64,000 nt of DNA. Source: an uncultured Acidobacteriota bacterium (GTDB taxonomy: Bacteria > Acidobacteriota > Thermoanaerobaculia > Multivoradales > JAHEKO01). Below, piece by piece: positions 46,355 through 55,429 of the stretch. Location of the stretch: contig CAVQNG010000003.1 of assembly GCA_963713825.1 (NCBI GenBank), forward strand, positions 1,824,001 through 1,888,000, in the 5' to 3' direction. The notes under the pieces were generated by a model. It was not told where the DNA came from. It saw only the letters and a list, made by a program, of their open reading frames with translations, and did no database searches. Within the stretch, counting starts at the first letter, position 1. Every line of letters begins with the position of its first letter. A program made the translations under genes and the position numbers.

Positions 46355-49060
46355 ATGATCGGCACAACGGTTTCTCACTATCGGATCACCGGCAAGCTCG
46401 GTTCGGGCGGCATGGGTGAGGTGTTCGAGGCTGAAGACACCGAGCTGCGCCGCAAAGTAGCTCTCAAGGTTCTTCCTGAGCACCTGGCCTCCGACCCCGA
46501 GCGTCTCGAGCGCTTCAAACGCGAGGCTCGCGCTGTCGCTTCCCTCAATCATCCCAACATCGTCACTCTCCATTCGGTGGAAGAGTCCGACGGCCACCAC
46601 TTCCTGACGATGGAGCTGGTGGACGGCAAGTCCCTGGATGCGCTCATTCCCGACGGCGGCTTCGACCTCGAGCGGCTCTTCGAGCTGGCGATCCCGATCG
46701 CCGATGCGCTGGCGGCGGCGCACGAGAAGGGCGTCGTGCACCGGGACCTCAAACCTGCCAACGTCATGGTGGGGGAGGATGGCCGCCTTCGGATCGTCGA
46801 TTTCGGCCTCGCCAAACTCTGGGAGGACAGTCTCGAGGACAGCGACACCGAGATGGCCACCGAGGGCCTGACGAAAGAAGGGGTGGCCATGGGGACGGCA
46901 CCGTACATGTCCCCGGAACAGCTCCAGGGCAGGGAGATCGACCACCGGTCCGATCTCTTCTCTCTGGGGATCCTGCTCTTCGAGATGACGACGGGAAGCC
47001 GGCCCTTCAAGGGCGAGTCTTCCATCGACCTGGCTTCGTCGATTCTCAAAGACAACCCGGACTCCGTTACCGACGTCCGCGAAGGGGTTCCCCGGCACCT
47101 GGGGCGAATCATCAAGCACTGTCTGGAGAAGGATCCCGAGCTCCGCTTTCAGTCCGCGAAGGATGTTCGCAACGAGTTGTCGGGTCTCAAGGATGAGGTC
47201 GCCTCGGGTGAAGTGCCGCTGAGCACGGGAGCGATGCCGGCAGTCTCGGCTCTGGAGCCCGCGCAGAAGGCGAGGCCGGCCTGGTTGATCCCGGCGGTGG
47301 TCGTCGTCGCCCTGCTCCTCGTTGCAGGACTGGCCTGGATGATGAAGGGTGGGGAAGAGGTGCGGCCCACCGACACGGAGGTCGCTGGCCAGCCTGCCGC
47401 ACCCGAGACCGAGCTCGACAAGATCGTCGTCCTACCTTTCGAGAACCTCGGCTCGGAGGAGGAGGCCTATTTTGCTGCTGGAGTCTCCGAGGAGATCACC
47501 GGGCGTCTCGGCTCGGTGAGTGGCCTCAAGGTGATCTCACGCAAGAGTGCCCAACGCTACGCGGACACCGACAAGACGATCCAGCAGATCGGCGACGAGC
47601 TCGATGTCGGCTACTTGCTCGACGGCACGGTACGCTGGGCCAAGAACCCCGACGGCACCAGCCGCGTCCGGATCACACCAGAGCTCATCCGGGTCTCCGA
47701 CGAGAGCCAACTCTGGTCCAACACCTACGATCGGACCATCGACGACATCTTCGAGGTGCAGTCCGATATCGCCTCGCAGGTGATTGGCGAGCTGGGCATC
47801 ACGCTCCTCGAGCCCGAGCAGAGGGCAGTAGAGAATCGGCCCACCGAGAACATCGAGGCCTACCAGGCCTATCTCCGCGGCCTGGAGTACGCCAATCATC
47901 CCGACTTCACCGAGCTCAACATGCGGCTGACCATCGAGATGTTTCAGCGCGCCACGGAGCTCGACCCCTCCTTTGCCCAGGCACACGCGTGGCTCAGCCA
48001 GGCCCAGGCACGGTACTACTGGTTCGGTCACGATCTGTCCGAGGCTCGGATGCAGCTCGCCCGTCAATCCGCGTCCCAAGCGCTGGTCCTGGATCCGGAT
48101 CTGCCGGAAGGGCACATGGCGATGGGCTATGTGCACTACTACGGGGCCAGGGACTACGACAACGCCCTGAAGGAGTTCACCCAGGCACTCGAGGCCAAAC
48201 CCAATGACGAGGAGCTCACTGCCTCCATTGGCTACATTCTGCGGCGGCAGGGAGACTGGGAAGCGGCGGCGGAGCAGTTCGCCAAGGCGCTGGAGCTCGA
48301 CCCGCAGGACGCCGGTCTCACGGTCGACCTGGGTGACGCCTATCAGAGGCTGCGTCGATATGAAGAGGCCGATGCGATCTTCGATCGCGCGATCTCGATG
48401 TTCCCAGACCAGAACCGCGCCTATGGCGCGAAGGCTCAGAATCTCTGGCAATGGAAGGGCGATGCTTCCCTGACGCGGCCGATTCTCGAGCAGATGCCGG
48501 TGCAGGATAGCGAGGACGCGATTTTTGCCTGGTGGATGCAGGAGCTCCAGGAGGAAGACTACCGCAAGGCCTCGGAGAGACTGGCGGTGGCGCCTTTCGA
48601 TTTCTTCACGGGCGACGTCATCCAGGTCCAGCCCAAGGAGTTCCTCGAGTCCTACACCTACTATCTGGCTGGAGATTTCGCTCGATCGAAGGCTGCCGCC
48701 GAGAAGGCGCTGCCCCACATGGAGCGCTATGTGAGGGAGCGACCTGAAGATCCCTTCTCCCACATCGGGTACGGACTGTGCCTGACGGTTCTGGGGCACT
48801 TCGACGAAGCCATCCGCGAAGGAGAGCTGGCGATGGAGATCCTCCCCCTCGAGAGGGACGGTGTCTACGCCCCCCTCCTCATCTACTGGATGGCCAATAT
48901 TTACAACTGGGCTGGCGATTACGACGCGGCCCTCGACCAGCTCGAAACTCTGCTGTCGCACCCCACGACCAACTCCGTGGTATCGGTGGAGGCCGACCCC
49001 CAGTGGGACACTCTCCGCGACCTGCCCCGTTACAAACAGCTCATCGAGAAGTACCGCTAG
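46355..49060 (+). CDS. Ser/Thr protein kinase with TM helix, TolB-N-like domain and TPR repeats
   Basis: [38 protein letters not shown]; IVVLPFENL; NIEAYQAYLRG; TPRs. Confidence 0.93.
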   Translation: MIGTTVSHYRITGKLGSGGMGEVFEAEDTELRRKVALKVLPEHLASDPERLERFKREARAVASLNHPNIVTLHSVEESDGHHFLTMELVDGKSLDALIPDGGFDLERLFELAIPIADALAAAHEKGVVHRDLKPANVMVGEDGRLRIVDFGLAKLWEDSLEDSDTEMATEGLTKEGVAMGTAPYMSPEQLQGREIDHRSDLFSLGILLFEMTTGSRPFKGESSIDLASSILKDNPDSVTDVREGVPRHLGRIIKHCLEKDPELRFQSAKDVRNELSGLKDEVASGEVPLSTGAMPAVSALEPAQKARPAWLIPAVVVVALLLVAGLAWMMKGGEEVRPTDTEVAGQPAAPETELDKIVVLPFENLGSEEEAYFAAGVSEEITGRLGSVSGLKVISRKSAQRYADTDKTIQQIGDELDVGYLLDGTVRWAKNPDGTSRVRITPELIRVSDESQLWSNTYDRTIDDIFEVQSDIASQVIGELGITLLEPEQRAVENRPTENIEAYQAYLRGLEYANHPDFTELNMRLTIEMFQRATELDPSFAQAHAWLSQAQARYYWFGHDLSEARMQLARQSASQALVLDPDLPEGHMAMGYVHYYGARDYDNALKEFTQALEAKPNDEELTASIGYILRRQGDWEAAAEQFAKALELDPQDAGLTVDLGDAYQRLRRYEEADAIFDRAISMFPDQNRAYGAKAQNLWQWKGDASLTRPILEQMPVQDSEDAIFAWWMQELQEEDYRKASERLAVAPFDFFTGDVIQVQPKEFLESYTYYLAGDFARSKAAAEKALPHMERYVRERPEDPFSHIGYGLCLTVLGHFDEAIREGELAMEILPLERDGVYAPLLIYWMANIYNWAGDYDAALDQLETLLSHPTTNSVVSVEADPQWDTLRDLPRYKQLIEKYR

Positions 49061-49130
49061 CCAAATCATCACGCGGATGCAGGGCCGGGGCCTGAGCCCC
49101 CCTGATCTGCCACGAACGGACGTCTCTTTC

Positions 49131-49156
49131 TGTAGGGGCGGAACTTGCCCCCGTTC
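49131..49156 (+). repeat. REP-like copy
   Basis: tgtaggggcggaacttgcccccgttc. Confidence 0.65.
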
Positions 49157-49166
49157 GTGCGGGTGG

Positions 49167-49442
49167 TCAGCTAGTGACCGGCAGGTTGCTTCGCGGAGCG
49201 GGTGCTCCTCGCAGCAGCCCCTGGGTGCTGAGGTCCTCATCGAGATCCGGCCAGTGAATGCCAAATCCTCCAGCGGAGATTTCCCAGTTGTCGAGCTGCT
49301 TTGGGGACGCAGCAAGCAATCGCGGGTACCAGGCCAGGGGCGCTGTGATCATGCGGCCGTCCTCCAGGTCGACCAGAATCGAGTCCTCTGAGAAACGGAC
49401 ATCGCGCACTCGCTCTCCAGGGCTAAGCAGTGAAGAACTCAT
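49167..49442 (-). CDS. DUF2442 protein (putative antitoxin)
   Basis: LEDGRMITAPLAWYPRL, GIHWPDLDEDLS. Confidence 0.88.
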   Translation of the reverse strand: MSSSLLSPGERVRDVRFSEDSILVDLEDGRMITAPLAWYPRLLAASPKQLDNWEISAGGFGIHWPDLDEDLSTQGLLRGAPAPRSNLPVTS

Positions 49443-49659
49443 TCCATTGTCTCAGCAAGAATAGACGATTCTCTCGAACCCTTCGCTCGACTCGCCGAAT
49501 CTCGGCGGCGCTGAATCCCAAGTTTCGCGCCAAGCTTACAGGAGCCAGCCAGAACTTCGCCGTCTGATCGTCCCGGTCGATGTGAATGTGAGGTGATTCG
49601 ACCAGATCATGGCTGAAGAAGTACAGCCGATAGGGACCGCTTCGCAAGACCGTCGGCAT
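49423..49659 (-). CDS. DUF4160 protein (putative toxin, HicA-like)
   Basis: MPTVLRSGPYRLYFFSHD..E.PHIHI, AKFWL, QWNEFF; overlaps DUF2442. Confidence 0.85.
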   Translation of the reverse strand: MPTVLRSGPYRLYFFSHDLVESPHIHIDRDDQTAKFWLAPVSLARNLGFSAAEIRRVERRVRENRLFLLRQWNEFFTA

Positions 49660-49740
49660 CTTGAAGGTAGAAGGCAACCGAACCCCTGATCTCGCAAGGG
49701 ACTCCCCTGCCTTTGATCTGCCATGAACAAACTCCTGTTG

Positions 49741-49780
49741 TGTAGGGGCGGGACCTGCGAACCCCTGACCTGCAGGGGCG
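49741..49780 (+). repeat. Degenerate REP-like copy
   Basis: tgtaggggcgggacctgcgaacccctgacc-tgcaggggcg. Confidence 0.5.
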
Positions 49781-49783
49781 GCG

Positions 49784-50365
49784 TCAGTCGTCGTCCCAGA
49801 TCGAGCCGAACGGGTCGCTATCCACTTCCACGGGATCGGTCGTGTCGAGATCCCAGTAGTTGGTGGTGCCCAACTCCATGACGCTCCCGCTGGTACTCGA
49901 GCCGTCACTGCTGTGAAGATCGAGATAGGTGAACGGTCCCAGTTTCTGGGAGGTACCGGTCGTCGTCTTGGTCTCGAAGCGCCCCGCCTCGGTGCCATTC
50001 GTCGTGAAGTTGTAGTGGGTAAAGGGGCCCAGCTTCTGCGACGTACCGGTCGTCGAAGAGCTCTTGAAACGCCCGACTTCGGCGCCGCTCGACTGGAAGT
50101 TGTAGTGGGTGAACGGCCCTAGCTGTTGCGAGTTGCCGGATGTCGACGTGCCGTCGCTACCCTGCAGGTTGTAGTAGGTGAACGGTCCCAACTTCTGCGC
50201 TGTGCCCGTCACCGACGTGCCGTCACTGTTGAAGAAGTTGTAGTAGGTGAATGGACCTATCTCCTGCGCGGTGCCGGTGGTACTGGTCGTCTGTGCCCCG
50301 AGCCCCGCCGTGCCCCAGACGGAGACCAACAGGACGGCGAATCCAGTAAACAGTCCTCTTCGCAT
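49784..50365 (-). CDS. Secreted Thr/Gly/Ser-rich protein with G(T/N)(A/S)Q.(L/I)GPFT(Y/H) repeats
   Basis: AGGAGG RBS; signal peptide; five clear repeats plus one degenerate; acidic C-terminus. Confidence 0.8.
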   Translation of the reverse strand: MRRGLFTGFAVLLVSVWGTAGLGAQTTSTTGTAQEIGPFTYYNFFNSDGTSVTGTAQKLGPFTYYNLQGSDGTSTSGNSQQLGPFTHYNFQSSGAEVGRFKSSSTTGTSQKLGPFTHYNFTTNGTEAGRFETKTTTGTSQKLGPFTYLDLHSSDGSSTSGSVMELGTTNYWDLDTTDPVEVDSDPFGSIWDDD

Positions 50366-50405
50366 GACAGATTCCTCCTATTTCGTTGTCGACACGAACC
50401 AAACT

Positions 50406-50421
50406 AGCAACCATGGTGCCA
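50406..50421 (-). promoter_or_regulatory. Sigma54 (-24/-12) promoter
   Basis: Minus strand TGGCAC-CATGG-TTGCT fits the TGGCAC-N5-TTGCW consensus, 40 nt upstream of ATG 50365. Confidence 0.8.
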
Positions 50422-50462
50422 GCGACCCGTGTCAGAACCTGTCAGTCGATGTTGGGGCAGTT

Positions 50463-50717
50463 CTAGACGACTTGTTGTAGCTCCTCTCTGAGCACTCGGC
50501 GGAGGGTCTCTTCCAACGGTTCATCGGCCCTCGCAATGTGCTCGCGGAGAGCAGTGTTGATCAACCGCTGGTAGCTCCCGCCCCCAGCTAGATCTACCTG
50601 GGTCTTGAACCATGCGATGAGGTCGCTGTCGAGTCGAATAGTGATCCGAGTCTTCCCAGGTGGTTTCTGTTCAACCGGACCGCGGCGACCCTCTTCAAAG
50701 TCGTATTCCTCTCGCAT
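50463..50717 (-). CDS. brnA: BrnA-family antitoxin
   Basis: MREEYDF..G.RG, KTRITIRLD, GSYQRLINTALRE; TGATG coupling with brnT. Confidence 0.88.
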   Translation of the reverse strand: MREEYDFEEGRRGPVEQKPPGKTRITIRLDSDLIAWFKTQVDLAGGGSYQRLINTALREHIARADEPLEETLRRVLREELQQVV

Positions 50718-50986
50718 CACAGCTCCTCGTAGCTCCGGCGCTCTCGCCGGGTAGCCTGCCTGGCTGAGATGATTCGAACTCGCTCTTCTCGCCAGGTGAA
50801 TGCCACCGCCAACAGCCTGCCGAATGGGTCCGCTCCGAGAGTGATGAATCTCTCTTCAGAGTCCGAATCGGGATCTCGAATCGTCAGGGCCATAGCATCG
50901 TCGAGCGCAAGAGCTGCATCTGCAAAATCGACTCCGTGCTTCTCGAAGTTCCGGCGGGCCTTTCCTAGATCCCATTCGTAATCCAT
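50717..50986 (-). CDS. brnT: BrnT-family toxin
   Basis: YEWD..KA..N..KHGVDF, EERFITLG, RIISARQAT. Confidence 0.9.
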   Translation of the reverse strand: MDYEWDLGKARRNFEKHGVDFADAALALDDAMALTIRDPDSDSEERFITLGADPFGRLLAVAFTWREERVRIISARQATRRERRSYEEL

Positions 50987-50990
50987 TGTA

Positions 50991-51004
50991 TGTACAAATG
51001 TGCA
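50991..51004. promoter_or_regulatory. Putative BrnA operator
   Basis: Imperfect palindrome tgtacaaatgtgca 4 nt upstream of the brnT ATG. Confidence 0.5.
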
Positions 51005-51196
51005 GATTGTCGAGAGACACTTTGACAACCACCGTCGATTCCAAAGGACGGATCTGGGAGTGAAGATCTTGCAGTTCGTGATTTCCGAGCTTCAATGAAG
51101 GCGCTCTACCCAGGAAGGAGTCTGACTCCGAGGCTCTCTGCGAGCCGGGCATTTCCATCGGGGGATATAGTGTGTCCCTCTTCAGAGGGGGTTGCG

Positions 51197-51811
51197 ATGA
51201 ACAATCTGCGAAGTTCCTTCATTCTCTTGCTCTTGTGCGCGGTGGCGGCCGCCCCGGGTAGCGCGCAGGACCCGGTGGAAGGGCCTTTCTTCCTGCCAAC
51301 GCCGGAAGGATGGAGAACAGAGACGATTTCCTTTCCCTTGGAATTCGCGCCAGAGCTCGAGTACGAGGGGCTCGAGGAGCTGCGCTTCGCTCCGGGGATG
51401 TTCAAGGAGGGCAGCGCCGACTTCTGGTCCTACGCCTTTGTCTGGTGGGTACCCAAAGGGACCCAATTCGAAACCGAGCGGCTGCAAGCGGATCTGGAGT
51501 ACTACTTCCGAGGACTGACCACGGCGGTCGCTGAAGCTCGAGAGTTCGACCCCGGTAAGCCCGACTACGATGTGCAGCTCGAGCCGACCGAGCCGTCAAA
51601 ACCCGATCATCCCCAGTGGGATGGCACCGCTGCGACCTACGACGTCTTTGTGACCCGCAAGCCCATCCGACTGAACGTTCGCGTCGACCTCGTTCCGTGC
51701 TCGTCACAAGGTCGGGTGGCGGCCATCTTCCAGCTCTCCCCCCAACCTCACGACCACAGCATCTGGGAAGTCCTGAACAACCTGCGGCAAGAATTCCGCT
51801 GCGAGCGCTAG
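51197..51811 (+). CDS. Secreted hypothetical protein
   Basis: Signal peptide; PEGWRTETISFPLEFAP, GLEELRFAPG, FWSYAFVWW. Confidence 0.75.
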   Translation: MNNLRSSFILLLLCAVAAAPGSAQDPVEGPFFLPTPEGWRTETISFPLEFAPELEYEGLEELRFAPGMFKEGSADFWSYAFVWWVPKGTQFETERLQADLEYYFRGLTTAVAEAREFDPGKPDYDVQLEPTEPSKPDHPQWDGTAATYDVFVTRKPIRLNVRVDLVPCSSQGRVAAIFQLSPQPHDHSIWEVLNNLRQEFRCER

Positions 51812-51931
51812 AGAGCCTCGGATCCCTCCCAGCTTCTGGACGCTCTCAGAGCCGCCAGGCCAACTGGAGCAAGCCGGAATTCGACTGACTGGTCGTCCCG
51901 GTGTCCGATAGTTTAGACTGCCATCAGGTGA

Positions 51932-52360
51932 GTGATGGCATCTAGACCTCCTCAGCCAAAGAGTCCCAATTGGGTGGCCCTGTGTTTTCTAGGGCTACTC
52001 GTCGGACTCGGCTTCCTCAGCCTCGAGGCCAATCATCAAGCGCATTGGCACCTGTCGCACGGCGTGAGCCATTCCCACGATCATCTTGCGGCAGGACCGC
52101 ACCATCATCATGCTGCGCCGGAGTCTGGCAGCAGTGGCAAAGATCGTTCCTCCCCCGAGCCCGAGGATCGAGACCTGTATCTTGGACAGGCGGCCCTTCC
52201 CTTGCTCAGTCATACGGATGCAAGTATCCGTGTCTTGCGCCCAGCGCTGACCAGATGGGACCCCGTGCCGATTTCGCTGACTTCCCTAGGGACTCGAGAG
52301 TCTTCTCCGGCCTCTCCCAGGGGACCTCCACTGGCTCGGCTACTCCTCGCCGCATCGTAA
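51932..52360 (+). CDS. His-rich membrane-targeted leader protein with C-terminal RGPP motif (DUF2946/CruR-like architecture)
   Basis: Hydrophobic N-terminal helix; HQAHWHLSHGVSHSHDHLAAGPHHHH; SPRGPP ten codons before the stop; directly upstream of a TBDT. Confidence 0.7.
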   Translation: MMASRPPQPKSPNWVALCFLGLLVGLGFLSLEANHQAHWHLSHGVSHSHDHLAAGPHHHHAAPESGSSGKDRSSPEPEDRDLYLGQAALPLLSHTDASIRVLRPALTRWDPVPISLTSLGTRESSPASPRGPPLARLLLAAS

Positions 52361-52447
52361 CCAGCGATCGATCGAGTTGGCGCCGGCGTTCCTCCGTGGA
52401 AGCGCTCGCTGACTCACGCATGGAACCGAGGATCCTCAGGAGGAGAC

Positions 52448-54646
52448 ATGCCTCTCATCTATGCATCCGGGTGGTCGCGTAGTGCGACCTCGATCCCGTT
52501 ATTGCTAGTGGGTTTTCTGACCGTCTCAGCAGTGTCGACAGTTGCCGTGGCTGGGACCCATCGCGCCCCAGCCAGCATGGCTGCCCCGCACGATCCTGAA
52601 AAGAAGCAGGAAGAGGAGGCAGAGTCTGTTTTCGAGGACCACATGACCGTCACCGCGCGGGCCGACAACATGACGGGGGTGGCCACCTCTGCGACCGAAG
52701 GAGCCACCGGCTACGAGGACCTGAAGACGCGCCCCGTTCTGCGTACCGGTGAGATTGTGGAGACGGTGCCCGGGGTTATTGCCACCCAGCACAGTGGTGG
52801 AGGCAAGGCGAATCAGTACTTCCTGCGAGGCTTCAATCTCGACCACGGCACCGATCTCAGTCTCGAGGTCGACGGAATGCCGGTCAATCTGCCGACCCAT
52901 GGACATGGTCAGGGCTATGCAGATCTCAACTTTCTCATCCCGGAGGTCATCGAGTCCGTTCAGTTTCGGAAGGGGACGTATTTCGCCAACGTCGGCGATT
53001 TCTCGGCCGCTGGATCCACCAGTGTCCTACTCAGATCCATCCTGCCCAGAGCTGGGGTTCGGGCGGCTTTGGGAAGCAACGACTTTCAGCGAGCCCTGGT
53101 GCTGGGCTCGACTCCGGCCGCGGGCGGAGAGCTGCTGGGGGCCTTCGACTACTATCACTACGATGGCCCTTGGGAAAAACCCGATGACTTCACCAAACTC
53201 AATGGGATCTTGCGCTACTCGCAAAGCCGCGGTAGCCGCCACTGGTCGGTGACTGCGATGGGATACGAGGGTGACTGGCAGGCCTCGGATCAGATCCCAT
53301 TGAGAACCATCGGCAAGACCGTGCCGCTCTTTGGTTTCGTCGATCCGTTTCCCAACGGCGATTCGAGCCGCTACAGCCTGTCTGGCGAGTACCACTGGCA
53401 TGCGGCGTCGACGCTGACCAGTCTCGGTGCCTATCTCATCAGCTACGACCTCAATCTGGTCTCGAATTTCACCTATTGTCTGGACTATGGAACAGCCAGC
53501 GAGTGCGGCGTCGACGACGATTCGTTCATGCAGACCGATGATCGCTTGATCTACGGTCTGGAGCTCGAGCGATCCCGGGCCCTGGAATGGGGTGACCGAA
53601 CAATGCTTCTGAGCTACGGCACCAAAGCTCAGTTCCATGACATCGACAACGGTCTGGGACGGGCGAGCGGTGGAGTCTCGCTGCCGGGCGGGTTGATTGC
53701 GAGCTATGGGGTGCAGGAGTTGATGCTGGGAGTCTTCGGCGATGCCGAGATTCAGTTGAGTGAGAAGGTGCAGATGAAAGCCGGGCTGCGTGGCGACTAT
53801 TACAGCGCCGACGTCGAGACCCAGTTGGAGGAGAACTCCGGACAGCGTGACGACTCGATCGTCAGCCCCAAGCTGAGCTTTGTTTTCGGTCCATGGAAGC
53901 GCACCGAGCTCTATCTCAACTGGGGACAGGGCTTCCATAGCAACGACGCACGGGGCTGGGTGACAACAGTCGATCCGCTAACGCTCGAACCGGCGGATCC
54001 CGCCGATCCGTTGGTGCGCGCCCAGGGCACCGATGTCGGAATCCGAACCACGCTGGTCGAGGGTCTGCAGTCGACGCTCACGGTGTTTCGACTGGAGCTC
54101 GATTCCGAGCTGGTCTACCTTGGGGATTCCGGGACAACCGAAGCAGGGCCTCCCAGCCGCCGTACCGGTATCGAGCTCGCCAACTTCTACCGTATCCGTC
54201 CCTGGATAGCGCTCGATCTGGATTTGACTTTGACGGACGCCGAGTTTACCGATGTGCCGGAGGACGAGCGTGAGATCTCTGGCTCGGTCGGCCGCACTCT
54301 GCAGCTGGGCTTGGCTCTCGGGCGAGAAATCGGCTGGTTCGGGACACTGCGCTGGAGGTACTTCGGAGACATTCCCTTGACCGCCGATGGAATCGTGCGA
54401 GGCCAGTCGTCATCGCTGGTCAATGGCAGGCTGGGCTATGGCTTCCAGAACGGTTTGCGGCTCGTCGTGGAAGGCTTCAACCTACTCGACCGAGACGATC
54501 CAGATATCCAGTACTACTACGCATCGCGCCTGCCAGCCGAGTTCAGTCCTACGGGACAGACGGAACCGGTCGGCGGCGTCGAGGACGTGCATCTTCACCC
54601 GATGGAGAGCCGTTCCGTGAGGGTCTGGCTGGAATTCGGGTTCTAG
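52448..54646 (+). CDS. TonB-dependent outer-membrane receptor
   Basis: GGAGGAG RBS; signal peptide; plug VETVPG...QHSGGGKANQYFLRGFNLDHGTD; NLLD; C-terminal F. Confidence 0.92.
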   Translation: MPLIYASGWSRSATSIPLLLVGFLTVSAVSTVAVAGTHRAPASMAAPHDPEKKQEEEAESVFEDHMTVTARADNMTGVATSATEGATGYEDLKTRPVLRTGEIVETVPGVIATQHSGGGKANQYFLRGFNLDHGTDLSLEVDGMPVNLPTHGHGQGYADLNFLIPEVIESVQFRKGTYFANVGDFSAAGSTSVLLRSILPRAGVRAALGSNDFQRALVLGSTPAAGGELLGAFDYYHYDGPWEKPDDFTKLNGILRYSQSRGSRHWSVTAMGYEGDWQASDQIPLRTIGKTVPLFGFVDPFPNGDSSRYSLSGEYHWHAASTLTSLGAYLISYDLNLVSNFTYCLDYGTASECGVDDDSFMQTDDRLIYGLELERSRALEWGDRTMLLSYGTKAQFHDIDNGLGRASGGVSLPGGLIASYGVQELMLGVFGDAEIQLSEKVQMKAGLRGDYYSADVETQLEENSGQRDDSIVSPKLSFVFGPWKRTELYLNWGQGFHSNDARGWVTTVDPLTLEPADPADPLVRAQGTDVGIRTTLVEGLQSTLTVFRLELDSELVYLGDSGTTEAGPPSRRTGIELANFYRIRPWIALDLDLTLTDAEFTDVPEDEREISGSVGRTLQLGLALGREIGWFGTLRWRYFGDIPLTADGIVRGQSSSLVNGRLGYGFQNGLRLVVEGFNLLDRDDPDIQYYYASRLPAEFSPTGQTEPVGGVEDVHLHPMESRSVRVWLEFGF

Positions 54647-54825
54647 CCCGCATTCTTCATGAGCCCCACGGCATCTAGCGGAGATCGCCCGCCATCTCAG
54701 GTCGTCCTCGCTCGTCGCTCCTCAACAACCTGCAAGGTTGCCTCCGGTGCTCCTCCCTGCGGGTGACCAGATCTGACAGACGCTTTCCACAATCTGCTCG
54801 CGGCGTCATGAAGAATGCGGGCTAG
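54643..54825. mobile_element. MITE-like element, 183 bp, with perfect 20-bp terminal inverted repeats
   Basis: ctagcccgcattcttcatga (54643-54662) and tcatgaagaatgcgggctag (54806-54825); CTAG at both ends; central hairpin caacc-tgcaa-ggttg; no credible internal ORF. Confidence 0.78.
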
Positions 54826-54850
54826 GTCTCTCAGGAAATCGAGGGCGGTG

Positions 54851-55429
54851 TCAGCTGCCCATCGCTACGATGCAGTCCATCAGCGCCTGGCAGGCTTCGG
54901 CCGTATTCAGAGTGTTCGCGTCGATCCTCGTCTGGGCCTTGTCGAAGGCGACTTTGCGCTCCTGATAGTAGAGTCTGATCTCGGCGACGTCGGCTGGGAC
55001 TCCTGCGAAAAGTGGGTGCCAGCGGGCTGACTCGAGACGGCGTGCGAGTTTCTGTATGCGCCAGAATAGATTGGCCAGCTCGAGATCGAGAACGATGAGC
55101 TGACCTTCGTCTTCGATGTGAGTCCGATTCTCGGAGCGCAGCAGACCCCCGTCTCCCAGCGCGATGAGTCCAACGGGTTTCTGACCAAGGACTCGTAGGA
55201 GACACTGCGACTCGATCTCGCGATAGGCCGCTTCTCCTTCTTCGAGAAGGATTCGGCCAATCTCCATCGCTGCCTCGTGCTCGACGAGACGGTCGATGTC
55301 GTAGTAGGTCAGCCCGAGATGGGCGGAGGCGCGATAGGTGGCACTGCGCGTGAAGTCCCCCAGGTAGCCCGACACCACGATCGGGGCCGAGAGCTGAACC
55401 TGTGGACCATACTCGTAGTAGTCGGACAT
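54851..55429 (-). CDS. Shikimate-kinase-like protein with degenerate P-loop
   Basis: YDIDRLVEH..M.I..I...EGEAAYREIE, LIALGDG; Walker A region reads SGYLGDFTRS. Confidence 0.72.
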   Translation of the reverse strand: MSDYYEYGPQVQLSAPIVVSGYLGDFTRSATYRASAHLGLTYYDIDRLVEHEAAMEIGRILLEEGEAAYREIESQCLLRVLGQKPVGLIALGDGGLLRSENRTHIEDEGQLIVLDLELANLFWRIQKLARRLESARWHPLFAGVPADVAEIRLYYQERKVAFDKAQTRIDANTLNTAEACQALMDCIVAMGS

